Shown here piece by piece: positions 10,494 through 20,006 of a DNA stretch of 64,000 nucleotides. Numbering within the stretch: the first letter of the stretch is position 1; each line of letters opens with the position of its first letter. The translations under genes were made by a program, and so were the position numbers. Source of the DNA: Escherichia phage PSD2001. Location of the stretch: the sequence record OK254198.1. One strand, given 5' to 3'. The notes under the pieces were generated by a model. That model did no database searches. It saw only the letters and a list, made by a program, of their open reading frames with translations, and had not been told where the DNA came from.

Positions 10494-10634
10494 TTACCAG
10501 ATTAACGAATGTACTGCCATTATAGCATCAGAAATAAAAAGCACAACCTGCACTAATGCAAACATAACTCCATAATACAACGCCACCAATAAGGTAGCAA
10601 GGGCTAACGAGTAGCCCAGGATTTTCTTAATCAT
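10494..10634 (-). CDS. Small hydrophobic membrane peptide (46 aa)
   Basis: [25 protein letters not shown]...; ATG overlaps the upstream stop (ATGA). Confidence 0.3.
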   Translation of the reverse strand: MIKKILGYSLALATLLVALYYGVMFALVQVVLFISDAIMAVHSLIW

Positions 10635-10816
10635 TTGTTAACCGCTGATTCCAGAAATTTGACTAAGGCATCCAGTACAAACCATGTGCAAATAAATCCT
10701 GCAAAAAGAGTACTTGGGACCCATACACCTGTAGCAAAAAGAGTCACAGCAACGATAACAGCTACGAGCCAGATAAAAGTAAAAACTGTTTGCATATTTT
10801 CCTCAAGGGCGTCCAA
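10631..10816 (-). CDS. Small membrane protein (61 aa), possibly ac-like
   Basis: Two predicted transmembrane helices; position between 52 and ndd matches the T4 ac/stp region. Confidence 0.4.
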   Translation of the reverse strand: MDALEENMQTVFTFIWLVAVIVAVTLFATGVWVPSTLFAGFICTWFVLDALVKFLESAVNK

Positions 10817-10884
10817 AGACGCCAGTTAATTTCAGATTATGACGATGCCATTGCATCACGTGCTCATTATGGAAATTACTCATA

Positions 10885-11334
10885 TTAATAGCTCTGCAGA
10901 ATGAATTTAAAGTTATCAGCAAGCATGCGATTCATTTCTGAAAGGGTCTGACAATCAGAACTATGTGAGCGTGTGAACGCCATCGCAATTTGACCTTTAC
11001 CATAACCAGTTGTCAAAGGTTTCATTTTAGAAACTGGAACAAACAGGACTTCATAGATAACACCATTGTTCGCCATTGTGCGCGACAGTTGTGAACGCTG
11101 TTTGCGGATGTGACTTAATACAGTGTCAAACCCTTGTTGTGAACGTTGGTTACCAACGTAAAAACGTGCAGCAACAATACGTGATTCGCCTTCACCTTTA
11201 ACCACGAAATAAAAACCTGGTTGGGTGATAGCTTCTTTAGTTGGACGCCCTACAACATAATTGCCATTATGGATGTGAGCAACAGTGGTAGCGCCAGCAT
11301 TCAGTACGTCACGACGGGTCATGTAAGTAGTCAT
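10885..11334 (-). CDS. ndd: Nucleoid disruption protein Ndd
   Basis: 149 aa; NAGAT...PGFYF...[28 protein letters not shown]...PLTTG.GKGQ.A.AFTR.H.....[13 protein letters not shown] matches T4 Ndd. Confidence 0.85.
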   Translation of the reverse strand: MTTYMTRRDVLNAGATTVAHIHNGNYVVGRPTKEAITQPGFYFVVKGEGESRIVAARFYVGNQRSQQGFDTVLSHIRKQRSQLSRTMANNGVIYEVLFVPVSKMKPLTTGYGKGQIAMAFTRSHSSDCQTLSEMNRMLADNFKFILQSY

Positions 11335-11372
11335 ATTAATTTCCTCAGTAAGTTAAAGTTTTGTGCTCCAGT

Positions 11373-11394
11373 GGGGTCATTATACTCTGACCCC
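11373..11394 (-). promoter_or_regulatory. Inverted repeat GGGGTCA/TGACCCC enclosing the -10 box of an early promoter
   Basis: Perfect 7-bp arms flank TTATACTC; similar structures at 22026-22047 and 52553-52574. Confidence 0.4.
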
Positions 11395-11408
11395 AAGAGT
11401 TTGTACAC
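11379..11408 (-). promoter_or_regulatory. T4-type early promoter upstream of ndd
   Basis: Minus strand: GTGTAC, 18 nt, TATAAT. Confidence 0.5.
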
Positions 11409-11776
11409 TATTTTTGAAGTTGTTCTAAAATAAATCCGCTGGTGTAAAAGGGAGCATTATAAACCTTGTTCAGTGGGTTCAAAGCCTGTCCGTAAGTATC
11501 ACATAGTTCTTTGATAACATTTTCATAGCTTACATAATAACCACTATGATAATACGGGTCCATACTCATACGAAATTTAATGAACCGATAAAAGCCTGTT
11601 TCTGGGTCTTGAACGAAAACGAAATCAGCACTCGTCATAATTTTTGAATCTACGCCGGGAATCATACTTTGATTGAATGCCGCCGATGCATCCTGAAGGC
11701 TGAGTTGTTTAAAGAACATCACCTTAGCATTACCAAAAAAGATTTTAGACATGATAATTTCCTTATTCAGCGTCAA
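11408..11776 (-). CDS. Hypothetical protein (122 aa)
   Basis: Minus-strand ORF in the ndd-denB interval. Confidence 0.5.
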   Translation of the reverse strand: MTLNKEIIMSKIFFGNAKVMFFKQLSLQDASAAFNQSMIPGVDSKIMTSADFVFVQDPETGFYRFIKFRMSMDPYYHSGYYVSYENVIKELCDTYGQALNPLNKVYNAPFYTSGFILEQLQK

Positions 11777-11975
11777 CAGAAATAGCCATCAGTTCATCAA
11801 CAGTAAGACACTGTACACTAGGACCTACGCAAAAACGCTTAGTTGAATCATTGAGGTCTGTAGCATTAACAGGTTGTAATTCGGTCCCAACTTGCAAAGG
11901 AGAAATACGAATAAGTTGTTGGCCATTATGCAATACAAAGCTCTCACCGACTACCACATCTTTAAAAAGTTTCAT
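11763..11975 (-). CDS. Hypothetical protein (70 aa)
   Basis: Minus-strand ORF preceded by the CTGAGGAAAATAT leader. Confidence 0.4.
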   Translation of the reverse strand: MKLFKDVVVGESFVLHNGQQLIRISPLQVGTELQPVNATDLNDSTKRFCVGPSVQCLTVDELMAISVDAE

Positions 11976-11992
11976 AATATTTTCCTCAGTAA

Positions 11993-12181
11993 TTAAAGAA
12001 TTTCTTCAATTTGAATGTATTTGCTATAACCTTCCTCAATGAGGATATCACGAGCACAATCAGCACTGATATAAGCATTAAAGCTAAGGGTTTTAATCAC
12101 TTTACCATGCAGCTTTACTTTATAAATTCGATTACCCATAATATTTTCCTCAGAAGTTAAAGAATACGCGTACATGGTCAA
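11993..12181 (-). CDS. Hypothetical protein (62 aa)
   Basis: Minus-strand ORF preceded by the CTGAGGAAAATAT leader. Confidence 0.4.
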   Translation of the reverse strand: MTMYAYSLTSEENIMGNRIYKVKLHGKVIKTLSFNAYISADCARDILIEEGYSKYIQIEEIL

Positions 12182-12286
12182 TCATAAAAACAATTGGGAA
12201 AATGCTCAGGACAACAAACAGTACAAACATGTTCCAAATGGCTTTAAGTAACTTTTTCATAATCATCTCCAGTAGTTGATAGGTTC

Positions 12287-12315
12287 ATTATACTACAACC
12301 ACTGGAGATGTACAC
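12287..12315 (-). promoter_or_regulatory. T4-type early promoter
   Basis: Minus strand: GTGTAC, 17 nt, TATAAT. Confidence 0.4.
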
Positions 12316-12405
12316 TCTTTTATGCAAGTTTCAATAATAATAAACTAAAACAAACGCAAATTACTGGGATGCACAACATCCAGATAAAACACCAGGTTCT
12401 GCTGC

Positions 12406-12669
12406 TCACAATTCCACCTCAATGATTTCAAGTTGATTTTCAACAATTGCATGCTGAATACATTTATACACATCAATGGACCAGGAATTATTATATTGCC
12501 CATCAATCAAACGTTGAAGGTCTTCGCGAGTTGACAGATATGGTTGGTCTGATTCCCATTTTGATAAAAACATTGTGGTGTATGTATCGCCTTCGCCGGT
12601 GACAAAGGTCGCGGATGCAACAAATTCCCCAGTAACTTTATGCTTGACATAGTAAAATTTAAATTTCAT
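12406..12669 (-). CDS. Hypothetical protein (87 aa)
   Basis: Start moved to the internal ATG at 12669, which has a GGAGA Shine-Dalgarno; the longer frame would run through promoter 12709-12738. Confidence 0.45.
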   Translation of the reverse strand: MKFKFYYVKHKVTGEFVASATFVTGEGDTYTTMFLSKWESDQPYLSTREDLQRLIDGQYNNSWSIDVYKCIQHAIVENQLEIIEVEL

Positions 12670-12708
12670 TTTGTTTCTCCAGTCTGTTTGGTAACTCAGT
12701 ATGAAGCC

Positions 12709-12738
12709 ATTATGCACTGACTCCATACTGATGTACAC
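12709..12738 (-). promoter_or_regulatory. T4-type early promoter
   Basis: Minus strand: GTGTAC, 18 nt, CATAAT; shares the AACTCAGTATG block with other cassettes. Confidence 0.45.
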
Positions 12739-12742
12739 TATT

Positions 12743-13018
12743 TTAATTGTGCATTTGTTCTTTAACTTCTTTATATGCGCCAACTGCATTCACGACCCCA
12801 GTAAAATCTGCAGTACCGCGATAGAGATATAAAGCAATTTCAGTCAGGTGGTAGACTTCAAATTCTGAAAGATAAACGATAACGTCATAATATGCAACTT
12901 GACCCTGGACTTCGTTGAATACCACATCAAAAATTTCATGAGTTGGAAAATTGATGTTGTTGTTTTTGAGTGCTTGGATAAGAATTTGTTTGATGTTGTG
13001 AGTAGTAACGTGTTCCAT
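12743..13018 (-). CDS. Hypothetical protein (91 aa)
   Basis: Start assigned to the ATG at 13018 (MEHVTTHNIK...); upstream in-frame region is probably leader. Confidence 0.4.
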   Translation of the reverse strand: MEHVTTHNIKQILIQALKNNNINFPTHEIFDVVFNEVQGQVAYYDVIVYLSEFEVYHLTEIALYLYRGTADFTGVVNAVGAYKEVKEQMHN

Positions 13019-13065
13019 GATAATGTCCTCATTTGTTGGTATGAGGACATTATTACACAGTTGGT

Positions 13066-13659
13066 TCAGCTTGTAAACCGGTGATAGGGAAATTTTTCTT
13101 CTGAACAAGAACGGAGGTACCAGCCATCCCCTTGTGACTTTTGCACAAGACCAGACTCAGGAACGAAAGCACCAGGTCCAGCAAGGAATTTTGGCTTAAA
13201 ACGATAACCTTTGATAGTCTCTTTTACATTAAACATAATCATAAGGTCAGCAAGCTTGTGTTGCATAAAAGGACCAAGATTGACCCCGTAACCATGCGGA
13301 TAATCGCCCTGGTGACCAGTATGCACGGATATCCATTTGGAACCGGACTGATGAGTCTTGACTTCAATTCTTACGCCTTCTTTCGAAACTACATCAAATG
13401 CAAAGGAATAAGGATTATCGTAATCTTCATCACCGCCGCATAAAAAGCCGGAGGTCCATTTGGCAATAGCTTGTTCTGCCATTGTAGCCACCATACATCT
13501 TTGCATGACTTGCTCACGGTCCTGGCCAGGGTCTTTACGTAATGAATACCTGGCAGTGTCTACAATCTTTTGCAGTGATTCTGGGGTTAAGTCTTCTTTT
13601 GTATAAAGAAAGGAAGGCATCTTTTTCAGATGCTCCCATGTTTTACTCTTCTGAATCAT
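13066..13659 (-). CDS. denB: Putative endonuclease IV (DenB-like)
   Basis: 197 aa; position between ndd and rIIB as T4 denB; FDVVSKEGVRIEVKTHQSGSKWISVHTGH block. Not verified. Confidence 0.45.
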   Translation of the reverse strand: MIQKSKTWEHLKKMPSFLYTKEDLTPESLQKIVDTARYSLRKDPGQDREQVMQRCMVATMAEQAIAKWTSGFLCGGDEDYDNPYSFAFDVVSKEGVRIEVKTHQSGSKWISVHTGHQGDYPHGYGVNLGPFMQHKLADLMIMFNVKETIKGYRFKPKFLAGPGAFVPESGLVQKSQGDGWYLRSCSEEKFPYHRFTS

Positions 13660-13912
13660 CTTTTACCTCATCGATACCGACGATTCCCCGGATATGAAGC
13701 TCGCCATAGTACAAACGGTCATTAGCATCAAATGTATCAGAATCCGGGTCAGGAAATTCCCCAACAACTACTTCATCACATTCCAACCAGCCATAGTGAA
13801 CATCACCTTCATGCTTGATAAGCTTACCACAGTAAACTATTCCTGCATAATGATGACCCCGGAGATTTGAAACTTTGATGTCACGGTCTGACACATTGAA
13901 ATGCTTAATCAT
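13643..13912 (-). CDS. Hypothetical protein (89 aa)
   Basis: Minus-strand ORF overlapping the downstream gene start. Confidence 0.45.
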   Translation of the reverse strand: MIKHFNVSDRDIKVSNLRGHHYAGIVYCGKLIKHEGDVHYGWLECDEVVVGEFPDPDSDTFDANDRLYYGELHIRGIVGIDEVKDDSEE

Positions 13913-13915
13913 AAT

Positions 13916-14113
13916 TTATTCACCAAAATAAGAGATACGAGTTGCCAGTACATGAGCATATGCGCCCATCGCATCTAACTGGGCAATCAAAAGACCTTGT
14001 TGACGAGCATCGAGAGTTTCAAAAACTCCACCCTTAATAAACTCTTCAAGAGCATTAATTTTCAAAACCAGCTGGTCATATTCTTCAACTACACGTGCTT
14101 GGAAACCTAACAT
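13916..14113 (-). CDS. Hypothetical protein (65 aa)
   Basis: Minus-strand ORF with GAGG Shine-Dalgarno just downstream of hairpin 14126-14139. Confidence 0.4.
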   Translation of the reverse strand: MLGFQARVVEEYDQLVLKINALEEFIKGGVFETLDARQQGLLIAQLDAMGAYAHVLATRISYFGE

Positions 14114-14125
14114 AAAGCCTCATTA

Positions 14126-14139
14126 GGGGCCGAAGCCCC
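14126..14139 (-). other. GC-rich hairpin (GGGGC-cgaa-GCCCC) between rIIB and the next gene
   Basis: Perfect 5-bp GC stem with tetraloop, no U-run. Confidence 0.4.
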
Positions 14140-14146
14140 GATTAAT

Positions 14147-15121
14147 TTAGAATTGTTCAGTTACATCATCAAGGACCAGATAACCACATACCCTCATTTT
14201 GGAATCATTATAATCCACCGGGATGCTTACAACATCGCGCGGGTGAACTTTACAGGATACGATGCGCCCATCACCATGACCAAAGCCACTTCCGATATAA
14301 CCTTTAGAACAAACGTGCAGCCCAGTTGAACAGGTCTGTTCGTCATTGTCATTCACACGAGAGCGCGGCATTTTAACATATTGGCCAGGGCTGTTGTCGA
14401 ATGTGTTTGAGTGGCAATCTTTGTAGGTTGAACGAACCATTTTCCATGCGATGAAATGGCCGTCTTCGGTGATTTCGATATCGTTCGCAACCAGGAAGTC
14501 AAACAAACGCTGTACGGCTTTCTCACTCGGGTTCTCAAGGAGATTCTCAAGGAACGGCAGATAAAATTCAAAGTCTTCGCCATTTTGCATTGAATCAATG
14601 ATACGAGTAACCAGGCCAGAGCGCAGTTCAATTCCCTGATAGAACAGACTACCACCTTCAATACGCACATCGCCTTTTACATATTTTTGTACTGCAGCTT
14701 TGATTGAAATAAACTCGATAGCATCATCAAAACGAGATTCAATCAATGCCTGAATAATATCATTAAAGTGTTTATGGTCTTTTGTTGCGTTCCAGACTGT
14801 ACGACCTTCAGTGATGGAAACGAATTTGCTTGATGCGTTCCATACGATTTCTGGACGGCTACCGCCGATTGTATCTTCAACAACCGGAACTTCAACCGTT
14901 ACTGTCACTGGAGCATTAATCGCCACACCAACAGCTGCTTTCAGTGATGCAGAAATGGTTTTAGATAATTTTGATTCTTTATCATTTTTCAAAACACGGC
15001 GAATGGTGTCAACCGATACACCGAAATTATCTGCTAGTTCCTGTTGGGTATAATTACCAGTTTTATAAAGAGAAACTACCTGGTTTTGGTCAAATTTGGA
15101 TAAAGCTTTAATATTAAACAT
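14147..15121 (-). CDS. rIIB: rIIB protein
   Basis: 324 aa; GNYTQQELAD..GVSVDTIRRVLKN and the C-terminal two-thirds match T4 rIIB. Confidence 0.85.
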   Translation of the reverse strand: MFNIKALSKFDQNQVVSLYKTGNYTQQELADNFGVSVDTIRRVLKNDKESKLSKTISASLKAAVGVAINAPVTVTVEVPVVEDTIGGSRPEIVWNASSKFVSITEGRTVWNATKDHKHFNDIIQALIESRFDDAIEFISIKAAVQKYVKGDVRIEGGSLFYQGIELRSGLVTRIIDSMQNGEDFEFYLPFLENLLENPSEKAVQRLFDFLVANDIEITEDGHFIAWKMVRSTYKDCHSNTFDNSPGQYVKMPRSRVNDNDEQTCSTGLHVCSKGYIGSGFGHGDGRIVSCKVHPRDVVSIPVDYNDSKMRVCGYLVLDDVTEQF

Positions 15122-15122
15122 A

Positions 15123-17357
15123 TTATTCCTTATTGGCCGCTTCCACGGCTTTCATGATTTGAGCAACGTTCTGTACTTGTTCAGTTGACATGGCGTTACG
15201 GTTATATAAAAAGTGTGAAACAATCGGGTGATTCTTTTCAAATTCAAAAACCATTTTATCGCTTGTTACCGAAGCGTTTTTGGTCAGGTCGTCATAAATC
15301 TTATTACAAAGGACCAGTGTTTCCTGCATGGTCTTATCAACCGTTCCACTGTTATATGCGTTATAAGCAAAGAACTTATTGAACTGCATTAGTTCGGCAT
15401 AGTCAGTATTCACATCTTTCTGAACATCTTTTGCATAAAAATACTTGAACATAAAATTCAGTTCTGCATATTCAGACAGGATAGGAATATAATAACGCGA
15501 ACGGCTTGAAGCGGCAATGTACTGGTCAGCATCAACCGCATCAATCAATTCCACATAACGATTGACTGCAGCTTCAATCAGACAATCACACTGCGCCAGC
15601 TTGGTAACCTTTTTCTGAAGCTGTGGACGAATAACACAGAATTCATTGATTTCCAACAGGTTTGCCAGTTTACACAATGTCTGGGTCCCGAAGGTCGTGG
15701 TGCCATATTCTTGATTCAACGGGGAAATGCTACTGCGGTTAATGAATACAGCATAACCATCGATTTCCTCTGCATCAGCTGCACATGTAAATTCTTCAAC
15801 AGACTGCCATTTGCCATTAGTTTTAGTCCAACGAATCAATGATGGAGTCTTTGACTTAACGCGCGCTTTCGGGTCAGCAACCGGAATCCAGTCTTTTACA
15901 AGGGCGGTCAGTTCAGACGTACGATAGATATTAACTGTATCGCCTTTAAATCGTTCTTGAAGTTGAACCATCAGACGTGTTTGAATTTCGCTGGTTGGGT
16001 CAACGAACAATAGACTACTACCTTGTACAGTCGGGACTTTACCAGATGCTTTGAGCTTTTTGGCTTTCGCGCTGGTGTCATATAGCATTGAACTGATACC
16101 ACGAATCATCGCAATTCGCCCTTTAGCATCGTCAATAACAATGTTCAAGGTATTATTCTGAATACCAAACATGCTCGTCAGACTTGCAGTATTCGTGTTC
16201 GAGCTTGAGTTACGCAGACGTTTCAGACGGGTAGTGCTATAGATATCATAGACAACCCCGGCATTAATAAGGTCTTTGTCCAGCTCGAACATTTCATACA
16301 TCTGGTTAAAGGTCAATTGCGATTTCGTAAATTTCGTTTCAGCATTACGAGCTTTCAGAAAATTACGAGCTTCATAACTCAGACTCTGTAATTCGCGATA
16401 CGTGTGGCGGATACATTCTGATTCCTGCCATTTCTTACAATCATCTTCCATGACTTTCTTATCAAGGGATTCAATACGTTCAACGATATTTGCGACCGTA
16501 CGTTTATCCAGTGATAATGCTTCGCGAGAAGGTGCAATATCCAACGAACCCATCGGGAACTTAATAAAGACAACATCATTTTTGGCAGTCATCCAGGTTT
16601 TCTTTGTATAACCGTCGGCAATTGGATAAACAATTCCACCGTAAATTGCATAAAGACCATAACGTTCTGGGCTGCTATAATTAATACGCTCTGGAGCATA
16701 ATAATCATCAAATTCCGGGAAATAATTAATTTCGCCTACGCCTTGTACTTCAGCCAGTCCAGCAAATGGGCGCATGATATATGCAATCTCGTGGCGGAAC
16801 TTACCAAAATCATTACTATCAACCGGGACAACAACTTCAATCCCTGTGCGGTCGCCAGGTTTCATTGGTTCGCTAAAGGTTGGCTTAATCTGTGGACCAT
16901 CACCATCCATATAAGCGACATAACCATTAACTTGACCATCATGATACGAAATCAGGCTAAACGTCTCTGTATAACTGAACGGAGATTTAGAACCCAGACC
17001 AAAGCCACCAATAAAATCATTGGATTCAGCCTTGGATGATGCAAAGAAACTGTTATACAGACCTGGGGTATTTTCATCACCACGAATCTGGAAATCACTC
17101 ATACCCGGACCAAAGTCACGACACACAAAACGTGGGTCCAGTTCACCAGGAGCCTGGACAATGAATTTATCCTGACAACCATTGAGCATATGAGCATCAA
17201 TCATATTGGTAATCAGCTCACGAACAACCGCACGCACCTTGTTTGTATAAAGGTCGCTGGTCAGAATCTTAAACACCTTTGGAGATGCCTGGATTGTGAA
17301 TGCTGATGCCTTGGCACCATTACCAAGGATTGTTTCCTTTTCAGTTTCTAAAATCAT
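15123..17357 (-). CDS. rIIA: rIIA protein
   Basis: 744 aa; directly upstream of rIIB; N-terminal GHKL-type ATPase signatures (ELITNMIDAH, DFGPGM); size matches T4 rIIA. Confidence 0.85.
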   Translation of the reverse strand: MILETEKETILGNGAKASAFTIQASPKVFKILTSDLYTNKVRAVVRELITNMIDAHMLNGCQDKFIVQAPGELDPRFVCRDFGPGMSDFQIRGDENTPGLYNSFFASSKAESNDFIGGFGLGSKSPFSYTETFSLISYHDGQVNGYVAYMDGDGPQIKPTFSEPMKPGDRTGIEVVVPVDSNDFGKFRHEIAYIMRPFAGLAEVQGVGEINYFPEFDDYYAPERINYSSPERYGLYAIYGGIVYPIADGYTKKTWMTAKNDVVFIKFPMGSLDIAPSREALSLDKRTVANIVERIESLDKKVMEDDCKKWQESECIRHTYRELQSLSYEARNFLKARNAETKFTKSQLTFNQMYEMFELDKDLINAGVVYDIYSTTRLKRLRNSSSNTNTASLTSMFGIQNNTLNIVIDDAKGRIAMIRGISSMLYDTSAKAKKLKASGKVPTVQGSSLLFVDPTSEIQTRLMVQLQERFKGDTVNIYRTSELTALVKDWIPVADPKARVKSKTPSLIRWTKTNGKWQSVEEFTCAADAEEIDGYAVFINRSSISPLNQEYGTTTFGTQTLCKLANLLEINEFCVIRPQLQKKVTKLAQCDCLIEAAVNRYVELIDAVDADQYIAASSRSRYYIPILSEYAELNFMFKYFYAKDVQKDVNTDYAELMQFNKFFAYNAYNSGTVDKTMQETLVLCNKIYDDLTKNASVTSDKMVFEFEKNHPIVSHFLYNRNAMSTEQVQNVAQIMKAVEAANKE

Positions 17358-17364
17358 GTTTTTC

Positions 17365-17574
17365 TCACTTTATGTTACGTTTGATTAATTCTGCAACTTC
17401 AAGAAGTTCATCCTTTGTTGCGGTGTCTGAAGCTATTTTAATACGGATTTCTTTGAAGCGTTCTTTAAACTCTTCAGCTTCTCTTATATCAAAAAATCGT
17501 TGGATAACGCGGTATTCTTTATGGACAGCCTTATCAAACAGTTCCATATTAACTTTGAAGTTCGTCATTTCCAA
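17365..17574 (-). CDS. Hypothetical protein (69 aa)
   Basis: Minus-strand ORF upstream of rIIA. Confidence 0.45.
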   Translation of the reverse strand: MEMTNFKVNMELFDKAVHKEYRVIQRFFDIREAEEFKERFKEIRIKIASDTATKDELLEVAELIKRNIK

Positions 17575-17833
17575 TCTCCTGTAATATTTTTCTCATACTA
17601 CGCATGGTAGCTTTATGTTCTTGGTCATGGTATATCAATGCAAGGAGTGCTTCAATTCGCTCCTCAGGAACCTTCTGACCAGCTTTAATGCTCATGGCTG
17701 TTGTTCTTACAGCCAACAAGTAACTTCGCTTCCTGTCGCTATCTGGGAGCTCCTGCACCTTCCTCAGGCCTGCTTCCATAATACAACGAGCAACATTCTG
17801 TAGATTAACTAAACTTCCGTCAGACATAATCAT
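17549..17833 (-). CDS. Hypothetical protein (94 aa)
   Basis: Minus-strand ORF overlapping the next gene. Confidence 0.45.
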   Translation of the reverse strand: MIMSDGSLVNLQNVARCIMEAGLRKVQELPDSDRKRSYLLAVRTTAMSIKAGQKVPEERIEALLALIYHDQEHKATMRSMRKILQEIGNDELQS

Positions 17834-17881
17834 ATTTTCACCTCAAGGACATCTTAACGCAATTTTTATGGCTTGTACATA

Positions 17882-17902
17882 ATAAAAAAGGACCCGAAGG
17901 TC
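17882..17902 (-). terminator. Rho-independent terminator
   Basis: GGACC-cgaa-GGTCC hairpin followed by a T-run on the minus strand. Confidence 0.55.
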
Positions 17903-17909
17903 CTTTTGG

Positions 17910-18062
17910 CTACTCAACTTTATAGACTTGCCCATATGCGGTATAGTATTCACCATCCCAGGTCTCGCACATAATGGTGACAAAGGATGCAAACAGGGGT
18001 TTAGTATCGGCCCACAGATAACCGTATTCGCCATTTGACAACGTAACCCACCACTTTTTCAT
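17910..18062 (-). CDS. Small hypothetical protein (50 aa)
   Basis: MKKWWVTLSNGEYGYLWADTKPLF...; GGAGA Shine-Dalgarno 5 nt upstream; preferred over the track ORF 17843-18034. Confidence 0.3.
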   Translation of the reverse strand: MKKWWVTLSNGEYGYLWADTKPLFASFVTIMCETWDGEYYTAYGQVYKVE

Positions 18063-18104
18063 GGACTTCTCCTATAAGACGGGAGAATATTCTCCCACAT
18101 CTAT

Positions 18105-19937
18105 TTATAGCGTCGCATTCATCCAGTCTTTACGCTGCTGGGAATCTTTACCGAATAGCATTTCGAACAGTTCTTTCCAGTTGTCGGGCAATTGAACAAC
18201 TTCGAATACCGGTTCGAGCAATACACGTTTATACTCGGAATCTTCCAGAGAACCAAGTCCCTTGATATATCGGATGGTGTGCTTCGGAAGTTTATCCTTA
18301 GCTTCTTCATAGTCAGGAAGAGAATAGAACCATTCTTGTTTATCTTTGAGCTGTGCAATAATAACAGGAGTTTTCACAAAGCGAATTCGTCCTTCATGGA
18401 ACAGCTCCGGCCAGTTACTGAAAAACGCCAATAATGATGGATAGATACTACCGACACCATCCACATCCGCATCTGTCATGATAGCAATGTTTCGGTAATT
18501 CATATTCTCGGCCGGCTGACCAATCGTTAACCCAGTAATTGCACACACATCAAAGGCTTCGGCGTTCTTCATAACGTCAACGGCTTTCAGACCCCATGTG
18601 TTTTTAAACTTACCACGTAATGGATAAGCACCTTGCAATTCACGGTCGCGAACCTTGATAAATGGACCAGTTGCAGAATCACCCTCGGTCAGGAACAGAG
18701 TCGTTTCCAGCTTATCATTGCCCCATTCGTTGGCCTTGATATGCTTCTGTACCTTGGCCTTTGAAGCTTTCTTATTTGCCTTAGTCTCTGCTGCTTTCTC
18801 TGCAGCCAATTTACGGGCTAACGCAGCTTCAACAATCGGCATAATCAGCGGTTCATTTTTCAGAATAGCTTGCGCGATTTTCTTAGCATCAATCTTAATG
18901 TGATTTCGGATTTCACCAGCCGGAGAAGTCAATCGCTCCTTGGTCTGGGAATCAAATCGCATGTTGCTCATATCGCGGATGAACATAAGCATGGTGAGAC
19001 ATTCTTTAACTCGTGCCTTGGTCACCTCGATGCCTTTATATTTGCGCTTAATCGCCGGCTGAAGGTGTTCACAGATATCATCCATAACACATTCAACGTG
19101 GTGTCCGCCATTCTTTGTATGAATGTTGTTGACATAAGTCAGCTGACGGAAACCGTCCGGGCTGGTCGTAAAGGCCATCGATACTGTATCAGTTTCCTGG
19201 ATAACAACTTCAGTCCCGAATTGCTTGGAGAACTTCTTGAAATTACCATCAACCTTTTTACCATTAAAGGTGAACTGAATATCCGGATAAACAACCGCGA
19301 GAGTTTGCAGACGGTCCAATGTAATATCCAGATAAATCTGGGACAGACTATTTTCTTCAAAGTGACTAAAATCTGGAACAAATATAACAGTTGTACCTTT
19401 GCCCTTAGATTTCTTGGTGGACCAACCTTTGTTTTCCATACCGTTGGAGCAGTTAACGGTGATTTCATTTGCACCATCAGCGGTAATCCCGGTGAACAAT
19501 ACAGAGAAAATATTGGTCAGAGAAGACCCGACACCATTCATCCCGCCAGTTTTACGTTCAGCATCATCACCGAAGTTGCCACCGGCTTTTGGAATAGTCC
19601 ATGCTGCAACAGGGCCAGGGATTTGTTCACCGTTTTGGTCTGTAACCATTGCTTGTGGAATACCACGGCCATTATCAGAAACCGAAATCTGATTATCTTT
19701 AATTTGGACATCAATTTTATTGGCAAATTTAAAACTGGTGCGAATTGCTTCATCAACAGAGTTATCGATAATTTCATCAATCAGTTTTACAATACCAGGA
19801 ACATAGCTTACGGACTTATATTCACCAAACAAGAATCGCTCATGCGCTTCATTTGAACTGGAACCAATATACATCCCGGAACGTTTTTTGATATGTTCGA
19901 CGTCCGAGAGTACTTTAATTTCATTATTAATCATCAT
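18105..19937 (-). CDS. 39: DNA topoisomerase II large (ATPase) subunit, single uninterrupted gene equivalent to T4 genes 39 plus 60
   Basis: 610 aa; GyrB-type ATPase (RSGMYIGS, IIDNSVDEA, SDNGRGIP) and Toprim region in one frame; no 50-nt bypass element or split. Confidence 0.9.
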   Translation of the reverse strand: MMINNEIKVLSDVEHIKKRSGMYIGSSSNEAHERFLFGEYKSVSYVPGIVKLIDEIIDNSVDEAIRTSFKFANKIDVQIKDNQISVSDNGRGIPQAMVTDQNGEQIPGPVAAWTIPKAGGNFGDDAERKTGGMNGVGSSLTNIFSVLFTGITADGANEITVNCSNGMENKGWSTKKSKGKGTTVIFVPDFSHFEENSLSQIYLDITLDRLQTLAVVYPDIQFTFNGKKVDGNFKKFSKQFGTEVVIQETDTVSMAFTTSPDGFRQLTYVNNIHTKNGGHHVECVMDDICEHLQPAIKRKYKGIEVTKARVKECLTMLMFIRDMSNMRFDSQTKERLTSPAGEIRNHIKIDAKKIAQAILKNEPLIMPIVEAALARKLAAEKAAETKANKKASKAKVQKHIKANEWGNDKLETTLFLTEGDSATGPFIKVRDRELQGAYPLRGKFKNTWGLKAVDVMKNAEAFDVCAITGLTIGQPAENMNYRNIAIMTDADVDGVGSIYPSLLAFFSNWPELFHEGRIRFVKTPVIIAQLKDKQEWFYSLPDYEEAKDKLPKHTIRYIKGLGSLEDSEYKRVLLEPVFEVVQLPDNWKELFEMLFGKDSQQRKDWMNATL

Positions 19938-19983
19938 CTTTCCTCTTGTGTATGGAGGTATTATAAGTCACATATTTTAAAGC

Positions 19984-20006
19984 AAAAAGGCCCGAAGGCC
20001 TTTTAT
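19984..20006. terminator. Bidirectional rho-independent terminator
   Basis: GGCC-cgaa-GGCC hairpin flanked by an A-run upstream and a T-run downstream. Confidence 0.5.

Noticed and set aside
14353-14670. 105-aa minus-strand ORF within rIIB in another frame
   Set aside because: Cys-rich nonsense translation nested entirely in rIIB.
17843-18034. 63-aa minus-strand ORF from the track between rIIA.1 and gene 39
   Set aside because: Pro/Cys-rich translation with no Shine-Dalgarno; the overlapping frame 17910-18062 has a good ribosome-binding site and a more protein-like sequence.
18870-19856. 328-aa plus-strand ORF inside gene 39, and similar long antisense ORFs at 40070-41035 (inside 43), 37561-38184 (inside uvsX) and 9568-9966 (inside 52)
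   Set aside because: They lie fully within well-supported minus-strand genes, have low-complexity or Cys/Phe-rich translations and no Shine-Dalgarno; they are frame artefacts of AT-rich coding DNA.
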